Made by a program: the position numbers and the translations under genes. Positions 23,474 to 35,611 of a DNA stretch of 36,990 nt are shown here, in pieces; the first letter of the stretch is position 1; each line of letters starts with the position of its first letter. Below the pieces are notes generated by a model, which searched no databases, was not told the DNA's origin, and saw nothing but the letters and a program-made list of their open reading frames with translations. Source of the stretch: Lama guanicoe (taxonomy: Eukaryota); the NCBI GenBank assembly GCA_013239625.1, contig MU053995.1:558001-594990 (forward strand), in the 5' to 3' direction.

Positions 23474-23599
23474 CAATATCTTACAAAAACCTATAGTGGA
23501 ATATAATCTGAAAAAAAAATCCTCAAACACTATGCTGTACACCTGAAACTAACGCAGTATTACAAATCAATTCTACTTCAATAAAACTAATTTTAAAAA
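23474..23599 (+). mobile_element. Very short L1 3'-end insertion
   Basis: CTATGCTGTACACCTGAAACTAAC...CTTCAATAAAA. Degenerate TSD GAAAGACAGAAGGCAATA (23461-23478) / GAAAGTAAGAAGGCAGTA (23600-23617). Confidence 0.8.
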
Positions 23600-23639
23600 G
23601 AAAGTAAGAAGGCAGTAGGATGAAATATCAAAATATAAA

Positions 23640-25507
23640 ATAACCAGGAATAAAAGGGAGAGGATCCAAATAAACAAAATAAGAAATGAAAAAGGAACAT
23701 AACAATCAATACCAGAGTAATACAAAATACTGTAAGAAAATTTTATGAAGACTTATATGCCACAAGATAGACAACAGAGAAGAAATGAACGCATTTCTAG
23801 AAACACACAGCCTGCCAAAACTGAACCAAAGGGGGAAAAAAAAGATAATTTGAACAGAACAATCACTGAAAGTGAAATAGAACTGTTAAAAGAAACAAAA
23901 CGAAACAAAAATAAAACAAACAGAAGTCCAGGACTAGAGGGTTTTACTGGAGAATTCTGGCAAAGATACAAAGAAGAACTTATACTAATTCTTTTTAGAC
24001 TCTTCCAAAAGAATGATGAAGAGGGAACACTCCTAAAGTTATTCTATGAAGACACCATCACCCTGATACGAAAACCAAAGACGCTACAGCCCCCCCCAAA
24101 AAAATTACAGGCCAATAATCCTTGATGAATATAGATGCATAAATCCTCTAGCAAACAGAACCCAAAAACATAAAGAATCATACATTATGACCAAGTTGCA
24201 TTCATCCCAGGGACACAAGGATGGTTCAACATACATAAATCAGTAAATATGATACACAACATCAACAAAAGAAAAGACAAAAATGACATGGTTAGGTTAC
24301 ATTAGGTCTGCTAACTTGCTCATCTAATAGATGCTAATGACATACTCATCTCCATAGATTCAGAAAAGACACTTACTAAAATTCAACATCTATTCATGAT
24401 AGAAATTCTTACCAAAGTGGGTACTGAGGGAACATAACTCAAGATAATAAAAGCTATTTATCACAAACTCACAGCTGACATAATACTTAATGGTAAAAAC
24501 TGAAAAGCTTCCCATTAAATTCAGGAACAAGACAAGGAAACCCGCCTCACCACTTCTATTTAACACAGTATTGGAAGTCCTAGCCACAGCAATCAGAAAA
24601 GAAAAAGAAATAAAAATCATTCAAATTGCAAGGGAAGAGGGAAAAATTGTCATTATATGCAGATGACATGATACCCTACATGGAAAACCCTAAAACCTAG
24701 GCTCCACACCAGAAGTATTAGAACTAATACAAGAGTTCAACAAGGTAACAGAATACACAATTAGTACGGAGAAATCTGCTGCATTTCTTTTTACTAACAA
24801 TGAAATATAGAAAGAAGAAGTTAAAAATCCTGTTTAAAACTGCAAACCTAGGAATAAACCTAACCATGGAGATGAAAGACTTAGACTCTGAGATCTATAA
24901 AACACTGATAAAGAAAACCTGAAGATGTTTCAGGGAAATGGAGAGACAAAACCAGCCCATTCTCTTGGTTTGGAAGAATCAATACTGTTAAAATGGCCAT
25001 TCTACCCAATGCAACCTAGAGATTTAATGTAATCTCTATCAAATTGCCCAGGATATATTTCATGAAGTAGAACAAATAATACAAAAATTTATATGGAACC
25101 ATAAAAGACCCAGAATTGCCAAAGCATCAAGGAAAAAGAATGAAGCTGGAGGAATAACATTTCCAGATGTCAGACAATACTACAAAGCTACAGTGATTAA
25201 AACAGCATGGTATTGGCATAAAAACAGACATATTGATCATCGGAACAGAACAGAGAGCCCAGAAATAAACCTATGCACTTATGGTCAGTTAATCTTCAAT
25301 AAAGGAGGCAAGAATACACAATGGAGAAAAGAAAGTCTCTTCAGCAAATAGTGCTAGGAAGTCTGGACAGCAGCATGTAAATCAGTGAACTTAGAATATT
25401 CCCTCCCTCCACACACAAAAATAAACTCAAAATGGCTTAAAGACTTAAATAAAAGGCATGACATCATAAAACTCCTGAAAAAAGAAAACAGGCAAGACAT
25501 TCTCTGA
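23640..25507 (+). mobile_element. L1 ORF2 RT fragment, intermediate age, disrupted
   Basis: SPGLEGFTGEFWQRYKEELILIL, YADD at 24656-24667 and [12 protein letters not shown] near 25202; frameshifted. Confidence 0.92.
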
Positions 25508-25544
25508 TGAACAAAACGAAAAACTATGTTCCGTAACAAAAAGA

Positions 25545-26760
25545 GTCAATACTATAAATATGTAAATCATCTCTAACTTAAATCATGTACTTAGCATGAG
25601 ACTAATAAAAATACTAACAGGTTGTTTTCCAGGCTGGAGTAAGACAAGTTGATCATGAAATTCACACTAAAAAATAAGAAGAAAGAATTAAGCCCTAGGA
25701 GTTGGGTAGAAACAAGCATACCCCATAGCACAGTATATTATTTTAAAACAAGATTCTAGAATTTAAAACAGTGCAGTTACTGGCATATCAATACACAAAT
25801 ACACTAAAGGAGTCAAAAAGATCATACATAAATGGACACAATATCTATGGAGGTTTAGTATACGAGAAAAGATAACAGGTAAAAGCAGTAGATGAAAGGT
25901 TTTTTTTTTTTTTGGATAAAGTGGTATTTATAGAAAGGAGAGTTAACTTGGAAAAGATAAATGTGGCCCAATATCTCCCATCATATATTGGGATAAATCT
26001 TAAATGAATACAGTAAAAATGAAACCATTCAAGTACTAGAGGAAAGTGAACAAATGCCTTTGTAACATGGGAGTGGGGAAAATATACCTAAATTATGATT
26101 CAAATACCATAAGAAATAATAGAAAGATTGATATATGTGGCATTATATAAATTCTATAGGTTTATAAACCTCCCCCTAAATTTGTTTAACAAAAATACCA
26201 TATGCAAAATTCAAACATAAAGAACAAATTAAGAAAGGTATTTATAACTGGAAGCACAAAGGGTAAAGGACAAACATCCTTACTATATTAAGAACTCCTA
26301 AATTTTAGAGAAAAACAGGGCTTAAAAGAATCCTTAAACTTTATTTAATAGTCTTATGGCTAATCATAGCAATATTATTTTTTTATTTTATGTGTCACAG
26401 AAAAAAGCAAGTAAGTTTAATATTGTTGAGTTTTCAATCTGGGAGAAAGAAATGCATTACCATATTGAAGCTGAATAAAAACTGAAGACAATTTTATAAC
26501 ATGATATTTTCTTCCTAAAAAATGTATATATCCTAGTTTTGTCCACTAAAATACCTAAACATAATGACAGTCCAGTAAAATGAGCACCACCAATGCCCAT
26601 GTTATTGTTTCTAAATACCATCCAAATGTCTAGGACTCACTGAAGGAATGGCATGTCTGATTTAAGGTCTTGGGCCTGACATGTACAGGATGCATCTGGT
26701 ACATCTTGTTGAGGGACAAAAAAAGAAGACTCAAAGACTAATGAAAACTGCCAATGGAAT
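25545..26760 (+). mobile_element. Ancient L1 (L1MC-like) remnants
   Basis: Degraded ORF2-end sequence and L1MC4/5-like 3' motifs (TTGTCCACTAAAA...ATGAGCACC...TTTCTAAATACCAT). Confidence 0.5.
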
Positions 26761-26794
26761 TCATTTTTAAGGTAATGAAAATGTTGTATAGTAA

Positions 26795-27509
26795 TGTTGT
26801 CAAACCCAAGTTTGTGTGCACAATGCAAAATGAAGCCAAACAAACGAGAATGTCAGCATTTGGAGCAGAGAAAGGTTTATTAGTCAAGGAGGTGCCAGCC
26901 CAGAATATGGAAGACATAGACTCATCTCAAATCCATCTTGCTGGGTGGCCAGAAAACAAGGTTTTCAAAGGCAAAAAAGAAGGGGAGGCGGTTCTTTGTG
27001 ATTTCTGCAGCCGGCTACATCTTGTAACTCAGTATATCACTTGTGATTGTGACTGATATACATGCTCCTGCAAAGCAAACTAGTAAATCATGGTCTTGTG
27101 ATCCCTTAACTTTTTCTAGGAGACATGTAAAGCAATAGTTGAGGCATTTAATCATTTACTTATAGCCTTTCTGATGGTTCAGGAGCTTCAGTTCTCAGTG
27201 AACCCTGCCAGTGTCATCAATTTTAAGTTCATTTGGGACCAACTGGTTGAAGCCACAAGACATTATCTCAACAGTTTGGGGTCATAAATCAAGGTGTTCG
27301 TTAAAGCTAGCAATCATGGAAAAGGTTATGTTGGGCTTGATTTTCCTTTGTTTCTACATTCCTTTACTTCTCTAATCAGCAACTGCTTGAATCTGCTCTT
27401 TGGAGCTCAGAGAAGTTCTAGGAGACTGAAACCCTTTTCTGTAAACAAGAAATTGGGGGCATGGAAAGGTTTGTACCCAAAGGGCCCTATAGGATCAAGC
27501 TCAGTTTTA
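26795..27509 (-). mobile_element. Solo ERV LTR (ERV1-like) inserted in an old L1 3' end
   Basis: Begins TGTTG and ends GTTTTA (decayed TG...CA). AATAAA on the minus strand near 26876-26881. The flanks (GGTAATGAAAATGTTGTAT... / ATTAGATGGTG...TTCAATAAA at about 27610) join into one L1MB/ME-like 3' end. TSD not clear. Confidence 0.7.
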
Positions 27510-28974
27510 ATTAGATGGTGTTGACTGATGCTCAACTATGTAAATGTATTAAAAAGTGCTCATACATGTTACACAGTGAATTTTATGGTACATGAATTAT
27601 ACTTCAATAAAATTATTATTAAGATATGATTTTTAAAGTATATTTCATAACAAAATAAAAACAACTAATAGGAACTACCATCCACACCACTGTGCAGGCC
27701 ATGGAAATCATGACTGACTGTGAGTTATAGGAAGCAACTCCTCTTAACTGATGGGGATGGTCAGAGAATTAATTGGCTAGTGAAGAGCAATTCTGGATTC
27801 CAGGAGGGAGGGATACAGCTAGCACCAATGTGCACTGAGCTCACTGTCACTTGGACTGTCAATGAGCAAACCCATCTCAGAGAACCAGAAAAATATGAAG
27901 AAATCTACTGAGATACAGAATGTAGCATAGCTAAATATGAAAAAAAAAATCCTCAATGCAGAATGCAGATCTTTCTAGCAAAACAAGTATGGGAAAAACC
28001 GTCAAGAGTCCACTGCTTTTGTAAAAGTAGTCCAGCATCATCAAAACAGGCATGAGCCAGAAAAGAACTACATGCTCTGAGAAAAGACAGAACTTTCTTC
28101 AAACACAGTAAAGGAAAAACTGAAGATAAACTGGAACTGATATTAAAAACAGTATCATGTTCTTTGTAGACCACCCATGAACTTCAACTTAACAATGGCA
28201 AGATCTCAGACGTGGAATAAACTCAAAAACATGTAAGCAAACAGATTCCAGGCCACTGGCTCGCTTAATGTCTTACTATTGCAGACTGTAAAGAAAGCCC
28301 CATAATCTTTACTGCATTTAGAACTTGCTTTGCTCCTAAGATAGTGCTTCTGCAGTGAAATCCTTCTCATTCAAATATTAACATGCTTTCTAGTCATGTT
28401 TCTTGAAAGGAAAATGACTTCAGTAATGACTTGTTAAAAACACTTTTTATCTTAGAATCCATCACTCACAGCTGCTTAGTAAATTGATTTAAAACCAGAT
28501 ATATCTGTGCTTATTAATATTCTATGTAGAATGTAGAATTAGTGGAGTTAATTTGTTTAAAAAATAAGCTGAAAATTATAAAGGGAAATTTTCAGCAAGT
28601 CTATGAAATATCAAATCAATTTTTGGAAACTGTCACTTATTTTGAAAATAAGATCCATGAACAGATTTCAAGAGAGTTCTGAACCTGGGCAAAATTGTGT
28701 GTATTGTGGGGGTGAGTGTATGAGCAGGGGGGGAATTGGGGAGAATTTCCATGAAGTTAAGAACTACTGGTATAAAAGGTAAATAGATACAGAGTAAAAT
28801 AAATATGATTTAATTTCAATCTCTCTCTAACATTTGATAAAAGTAGTTGTCAAATGTATTGTTGATTATGTCCTCTCAACTATTTTGGTTTTTAAGAAAA
28901 TCATTTCCACAGAATTAATTTTATTGATAAAGTGAAAAGTTATTTGAGATAAATTGTATGTTATAATTGCCTTC

Positions 28975-29120
28975 TTTTTTTTAATTATGTTTTTGAGAGG
29001 ATAACTCACTAGGTCTATTTATTTATTAGTTTTTTTTTTTTAATAGAGGTACTGTGGATTGAACCCAAGACCTCCTGCATGTTAAGCATGCACTCTTGTC
29101 ATTTGAGGTATACCCTCCAC
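28975..29120 (-). mobile_element. tRNA-Ala-derived SINE (vic-1 type), more diverged copy
   Basis: Reverse complement GGAGGGTATACCTCAAATGACAAGAGTGCATGCTTAACATGCAGGAGGTCTTGGGTTCAATCCACAGTACCTCTA plus an A-rich tail; aligns with 11851-11925. Confidence 0.88.
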
Positions 29121-29159
29121 CAACAATTGTGTTGAATAAAGTTTTGTTGTTTTTTTTTT

Positions 29160-30560
29160 TAAATGTTAACAACAGAGCCAGATCAAAAGACATAAGTCCC
29201 TGGGCTCCATTGCCAAGGACAGGACAATTTGATCATAAAAGGAATAATCTATGCAATAGAGTGAGACACTGAATGTATGGAAACTCACAAGTTATGGTCC
29301 AAAAGATTTATTAGAGTATTAAAGGAACAGAACATTAGCCAGGCATTTGATTACATTAGGAAATTATTGTTCAGTTTTTCTGGTGAGATAATGACAATGT
29401 AGTTAGGTCCCTCTCTCTCTTTTTTTAAAATAGTCCTTATTTTTTAGAAATGCATACTTAACCAGTTATGCAAAACAATGAATTGCCAGGTTTGTTACAA
29501 AATAAACCAAGGCAGGGGCAGGTAAGAGTGAGGATACAGAAACATAACTGACCACATATTGAATATTCTTGAAGCTGAGACTGTCATCTACTTTTGAACA
29601 TGCCTGAAAATTTCCATTAAAAAACACAGAAACAATTTTATAAGTTCACACTGAAAAGCTGAGTTGATATTCAAAAAGACAAAGACACAAAAAGGAAAAG
29701 TAGGATCACAAAAATAATTTAGGGCATTTGCCCTCCTTACTCTAGAAAGTTAACAATTAGGGTTGGGGGGAAGAAGCATTTACTTTACCTTGTTGTATAA
29801 ACTGAATTTTAGACTAACAAAGTAGCCATGCTTGACGAGGGAAAGTTTTTTAAAAAGCATCCCAGCTAATAATCTGGCTAAAGTATTCTTATTAGAAGCT
29901 ATAATTCTTAGTGAAATAACTGATTCAAACAAGGACCATCAATAGATGAAACTTAGGTGCAAATTTGGTGACATTTACAAGAGTGTTCAAGCTTCACAAT
30001 CCACACATCAATCTCAGCATCACTAAAAGAACAATTACTGTATGCTGCCTGGCATAACGCACTCGGTCTGAAGTACCAAGAACCCCAGGTGAAATACTTT
30101 GCTCAAAGAGCTAATCCAAAATCTAATTAAGCCTCAACAGGTATCGTATTTAGTAACATGACAATTGACCCATTTTCTATTTTTTTAAGGGCAGAGGAGG
30201 TGTGGTGGTAAGGGGGATGTTCAGTTTTAGACTTGAGTCACAGTGAGCACCTTGTGTAGGAAACAAAACCTGAAGAAGTATCTCCAAGGTATTTAAAAAG
30301 TGTAAGTATTCAATGATAACAAAGAATAACTATTAATGTTCTTTAGGTATAATATAGTTATACAAGGAAATATCTTTTTATTAGAAAGTAATATGAAAGT
30401 ATATAGCGGTGACGGCATATGATATTTGGTGTTTACTTTAAAAGAGGGGAAAATGGGATAGATAATGCTAATACGGAAGAATCTTGATAACTGTTGAATC
30501 TGGTAAGGGAAGTGAGAGAATTCTATAAGGAATTTACACATTTTGGAAATTTTTACATGA
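29160..30560 (+). mobile_element. Ancient L1 (L1MC/ME-like) 3' fragments
   Basis: Patchy similarity, e.g. TTGATTACATTAGGAAATTATTGTT and TTGATAACTGTTGAATCTGG...TTGGAAATTTTTACATGAT. Confidence 0.45.
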
Positions 30561-30680
30561 TAGAGAGATGTTACTACCATGCCATAAGAAATAGTTTTGG
30601 TTGCTTTTAGTATAGGTTTAAGAGGGAGATGTGAAAATCTCAGAAACTATGTCCATACTCCAGGTTTATAGGATTGATTA

Positions 30681-30686
30681 TTTATT
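30681..30686 (-). terminator. Candidate CLDN34 polyadenylation signal (AATAAA)
   Basis: First AATAAA I found on the minus strand after the stop, about 255 nt downstream; another lies at 30377-30382. Confidence 0.6.
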
Positions 30687-30940
30687 AGGCAGTAATTAAA
30701 ATCCAGATCTGATAAGATCAACTTGCAGGTGGGCAAGATTTTTAAAAAACGAAATTACCTTAACTGAGTCAATGAACCAAATTCAGATACAGAATGTAAC
30801 AGAAAGAATTAGCTACTTTGCGCATAACCTCCATTGCCATGGTTTTGAAATCTGTGGAAATATTTGATAGCGCATCCTGGAAATATTTCCCACAAACTAC
30901 TGGTAATCTCAGATTTACAAAGTCAACACAACCAGGAATT

Positions 30941-31588
30941 TTACATTTCTGAAACTTCAGGATGCACTTGGCTATCCAGGGGAAATTTGTAAGAGAGGAA
31001 AAACAACCCACTTAACAATATCATGAAGGCAGCCAGACATGCCACTACAATGGCACTGCCAATTCGCTGAGTATCTGGCTTGAAGGGCACATTGAAAGAT
31101 GGTGGGAAGGCAATCCCCTCTTTGTTCACCACAGAGCAGTAATTCCAGAACACAGCCATGAAGATACAGATACCAGCCGCTATGTTCAGAATTCCTGAAG
31201 TGATAAATGAGTTGTAGGTGGCCTTCTTTTCAAGGATTCCCATGTACACATTCCTAAGTGCAAAGATAATGGAGGCTTTTCCTAAAAGCCCTAGAATGCT
31301 GGCAACCAGCAGGAGGTTTTGAGCAACATGGATATCAAGAGGGAGGTAAGTATCATGGTACGTGTAATGATGACATGTTGTGGCTCTGCTAGAGTTGCTG
31401 ACATGATGGTAAATGCAGACTCTCCACATTCCCACAGAGGCCAGCCGAGAGGGGAAAAGAGAGTTGTTGTTCATATACCATATTCGCCACTCCACCAGGC
31501 CCATGGACGCAGTTCCAAGGATCCATCCAATAGTGGCTACAGCAAAACCTGCAACTTGACGATTAGCGCTAGTGATGAGCAAGGGCAT
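30941..31588 (-). CDS. CLDN34: Claudin-34 (PMP22/claudin family, 4 TM), 215 aa, single coding exon
   Basis: MPLLITSANRQVAGFAVATIGWILGTASMGLVEWRIWY...VGMWRVC...TTC (claudin W...G[LM]W-x2-C...C signature), four hydrophobic helices, PFKPDTQ and C-terminus QVHPEVSEM, as in CLDN34. The ATG at 31588 is in GCCGCCATG Kozak context; the track's 31597 start is a GTG. It could be a CLDN34-like paralog. Confidence 0.93.
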   Translation of the reverse strand: MPLLITSANRQVAGFAVATIGWILGTASMGLVEWRIWYMNNNSLFPSRLASVGMWRVCIYHHVSNSSRATTCHHYTYHDTYLPLDIHVAQNLLLVASILGLLGKASIIFALRNVYMGILEKKATYNSFITSGILNIAAGICIFMAVFWNYCSVVNKEGIAFPPSFNVPFKPDTQRIGSAIVVACLAAFMILLSGLFFLSYKFPLDSQVHPEVSEM

Positions 31589-31610
31589 GGCGGCCACATA
31601 CCCAGAAGAA

Positions 31611-31630
31611 CTGCAAACAAATACAAGGCA
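31611..31630 (-). promoter_or_regulatory. Splice acceptor for the CLDN34 coding exon
   Basis: Minus strand TGCCTTGTATTTGTTTGCAG|TTCTTCTGGG, 22 nt upstream of the ATG. Confidence 0.7.
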
Positions 31631-32124
31631 TCATGAGATTGGTACCCTCAGGACTGAAACAACACTTCTCCCCAACTCCCACACACCCCCACCACTATGG
31701 GAGAGTAGTGCTTAATTTGAGGGGAAAGTGCTATTATTTGAGACCAGAGACTTCTGACCCTTGTAATCTGCTGGTAGTGGCATAAAGCAAGCAAACTTTG
31801 TCACAGACCATTTGGCAATATTTACCAAAAGCCTTAGAAGGGACAAACCTTCACAATGACATTTTTTACTTCTGAGCATTTGACCAAAGATGTGATTAAG
31901 ACTGGCCACAAACAGTAGTATGTATAATATAATCTGGGCTATGAATAGACCTGGAAGTCTATACAATAAATTATGAAGAGATATTTTTAACTGAGTTAGA
32001 GGTGCTAAGTTTTTAATGTTTGTACTGTGAAGAATCAGAGACATAGAAATATAACACATAATCTTAAATGTACAGCTGAATGATCATCGGGCAAATACCC
32101 AGATAGGCACTGCTCAGTTTAAAA

Positions 32125-33095
32125 TATACAGACAAAATGAAAAACAACCTACTAAATTGGAAAAAAAATTTGCAAATGATATGATCATTAAGAGATTGAA
32201 ACTCAACATATATAAATAGCTCACACACCTTAACATAAAAAAACCAAACAACCCAATTAAAAAATAAGGAGGACTGAAAAGACAGTTTTCCAAAAAGGAA
32301 ATGCAGATGCCCAACAGGCACATGAAAAGATGTTGAAGACTGCTAATCCTCAGGCAAACGTAAATCAAAACCAAACAAGATACCACCTCATACCTTTCAA
32401 AATGGCTATTGTCAAAAAGACAGCAAATAACAAATTTTGGAAGGATGTAGAGAAAAGGGAATCCATATACACTTTGGTTGGAATGTAAATTGATATGCAG
32501 CCTCTATGGAAAGTGGCACGAACGTTCCTTTAAAAAACAAACCAAAAAAAAGCTACCAAAGGACCAGCAATTTCACTCCTGGGTATATGATATATATAAA
32601 AAAACCCCACAAATTTAAAAAGATATATATATGCAAATGTTCATTAGCAGCATTATCTACAACTGACAACATATGGAAGCAACCTAACTGTTGACTGACA
32701 GTTGAATGGATAACCAAGATACACATGTGTACACAAACACACACACACATACATCAATGGAATACTACTGAGCCATAAAAATGAAAATTTGTCATACGCA
32801 GCAACATAGATATACTTCATTATACTAAATGAAGTCAGTCAAACAGAGAAAGACATATATTGTATGATATTTATATGTGAATCTAAAAATAACAACAAAC
32901 TAGTGAATATAACAAAGAAGAAGCAGACTCAGATACAGAGAACAAATAGTGGTGGAGGGGGTGGAAGGAAAACAGGGGTGGGAAAGGTATAAACCATTAT
33001 GTGTAAGATAAGCTCAAGGATATACTGTATAACAGTACAAATATAGCCAATACTTTACAATAACTGTAAATAACTTTAAAAATTATATTAAAAAA
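32125..33095 (+). mobile_element. 5'-truncated L1 3' end
   Basis: Degraded ORF2 C-terminus (RHMKRC, YHLIP) and 3'UTR ending in an A-rich tail near 33090. Confidence 0.88.
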
Positions 33096-33097
33096 CA

Positions 33098-34425
33098 ACA
33101 GAGAAAAGACACTCTCTTTAGCAAGTCATGTTCGGAAAGCTAGACAGCCGCAAGTAAATTAATAAAGTTAAAACACTCCCTCACTTCATATACACAAAAT
33201 TAAACTCAAATGGCTTAAAGCCTTAAATAAAAGACATGACACCATAAAAATTCTAGAAGAGAACTAGGCAAAATAGTCTTGACATAAATTGTAGCAATGT
33301 TTTCTTAGGTCAGCCTCCCGACGCAAAAGAAATAAAGGCAAAAATAAACAAACAGGACCTAATCAAATTTAACAGCTTCTGCAAAGCAAAAGAAACCATA
33401 AACAAAATGAAAAGACAACATATAAATGGGAAAAAAAATCTGCAAATGATGTAACTGATAAGTGCTTAATTTTCAAAATACACAAAAAGCTCATACAGCT
33501 CAATATCAAAAGAAAACAAATAACCCAACCAAAAAGTGGGCAGAAGACCTTAACAGATACTTCTCCAAAGATAACATACAGATAGCCAAAAGGCACATGG
33601 AAAGATGCTCAACGTCAGAGAAAAGCAAATCAAAACTACAATGAGATATCATTTCACATGACTCCGAATGGCCATCACGAAATACAAATGATAAATGCTG
33701 GAGAGGGTGTGGAGAAAAAGGAACCCTCCTACACTGCTGGTGAGAATGCAAATTGGTGCAGCCAGTATGGAGGTTCCTTGAAAAACTAAAAATAAAAACT
33801 AAAAACTAAAACTAAAATAAATCTTGGGCATATATGCGTAAAAGATGAAAACTCCAATTTGAAAAATGAACCTCATGTTCACAGCAACACTATTTATAAT
33901 AGCCAAGACATGAAAGCAACCTAAGTGTACAACAACAAATGACTGGGTAAAGAGGCTATGATATATTTATATAATGGAATACTGCTCAGCAGTAAAAAAA
34001 AAAAAAAAAAAAAAAATAAAGTAGTACCATTTGCAGCAATATGGATGGACTTGGAGGCCATTATGCTGAGTGAAATAAGTCAGATAAAGACAAGTATCAT
34101 ATGTGATCACTTATTTGTGGGATCTAAAAAAAAATTATGTAAGTGAATTTATTTACAAAACAGAAACAGACTCACAGACATAGAAAGCATACCTCAGCTT
34201 CCAAAGGGGAAAGTTGGGTAAGGATAAATTAGGACTATGGGCTTAGCAGATACATACCACTATATATAAAACAGAAAAATAATAACAATTTACTGTATAG
34301 CACAGGGAACTATATTCACTATCTTCTAATAAACTATAATGGAAAAGAATGTGAAATTGGTGAATCACTATGCTGTACGCCATAAACTAATGTAACGTTG
34401 TAAATCAACTGTACTTCAATTAAAA
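33098..34425 (+). mobile_element. 5'-truncated L1 3' end (second, tandem copy)
   Basis: [30 protein letters not shown], and 3'UTR ending CTTCAATTAAAA near 34424. Contains a small (AAAACT)n expansion at 33781-33820. Confidence 0.9.
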
Positions 34426-35469
34426 TGAAAACTGACCTTTAAATTTCAAAATGATTGTATAAAAAAGATGTACAATATCACCACTTCCTTATTTGTCTTT
34501 ATAGTTTTTCTCCTCAGAAAGGACCGCTGAACATTACTTCAATTCTGCCCATTTTTCAAAATAGGAATCAAGCACTTGGCATTCCTGTGTGATTGGCTTC
34601 TTTCACTCAACACTGTGTTTATGACCTCAGATTATGATTTATTTTAATAATGTCTGGCTGTCCAATATTTTCAGGTATTTCTGCCATAAGCTTGATTTTT
34701 TGAATAAGAAAAAGAGTATCAATGACTTCATTAAAGTTTTGAAACAATGAAGAATTAATTAATTCTGTTATATAAATATACTATAATATGTACTGGGTAT
34801 TAAAGTAATTAACTCACCATAATATTTATCAGATATGAAATGAAGGCAAAAGTACATGGTGGGTCAAATTTAAAATGCAGATAATAAACATGTAAGTATG
34901 TAGGTATGATCTTATTTTTGATCATAAAATACGCTGGAAAGTTACAAAAGAAGATGCATCTAACTATTGGCACTACTAGTGATTTCTTATGTTTTAAGGT
35001 AAAAAGATTTGCTTTAATGGGGAAAAATGTGTGGGGCACCTAAAGTGATGTCAGCACAGACATGAATAATTGGAGAGGCAGGAGCAGGCACTGAAGCCAG
35101 TTCATAGAGAGTATCGAGGGGTCCAGACTTGATTATGGGGGTGGTCACAGCTCAGAGAGAGGAACAGGGAGGGATTTTGCAAGACTGATACCACAATCCC
35201 CTCTCAAGGCCAGCATGCTCTTAGCAAATACCATATTTTAAAGATCATTCTTTATGGCCAGATAATCCTGAGCAAATTATTTTGAAGAAATAATTTATAA
35301 AAGGCACATGGGCAGGAATCAGTTAGTTTGAGTTTGAGTATTTCTTTGGAGATAACTATAAGAGCTGCCAGGTAGGATTTCAATGTTCAAGGTAACTGAA
35401 CATGCTGTTACATGTTCAATCAGGAGACATTGGGAAAGGAAGGGCACCCGGGAAGAAGAGAAGATGGTG

Positions 35470-35611
35470 CAGCACATCTCTACTCTGGCTGCACTGGGCA
35501 CCTTTTCAAGAGTGTAGATTGAGTCAATTGCATGGAGGATGTGGACGGGGCACAGATATTTTAAAAGCTCCTAGGTGGTTCCACTGTGCAACTAGGGTGT
35601 GAAAACCACTG
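35470..35611. mobile_element. MER5-like hAT-Charlie MITE relic
   Basis: TTTTAAAAGCTCCTAGGTGGTTCCACTGTGCAACTAGGGTGTGAAAACCACTG matches the MER5 terminus as recalled. Confidence 0.55.

Noticed and set aside
28650..28770. Possible hAT-Charlie MITE relic (…GTTAAGAACTACTG)
   Set aside because: Similarity is too short and degraded to support without a search.
31589..31597. 218-aa CLDN34 start given by the ORF track
   Set aside because: That codon is GTG; the ATG at 31588 has GCCGCCATG context and gives a length close to known CLDN34.
31602..31610. 9-nt micro-exon (AG|TTCTTCTGG|GTATGT)
   Set aside because: Only a motif coincidence; using it would skip the CDS start, and there is no supporting evidence.
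31319..31636. 105-aa ORF antisense to CLDN34
   Set aside because: Non-ATG start, no recognisable domain; a shadow of the CDS.
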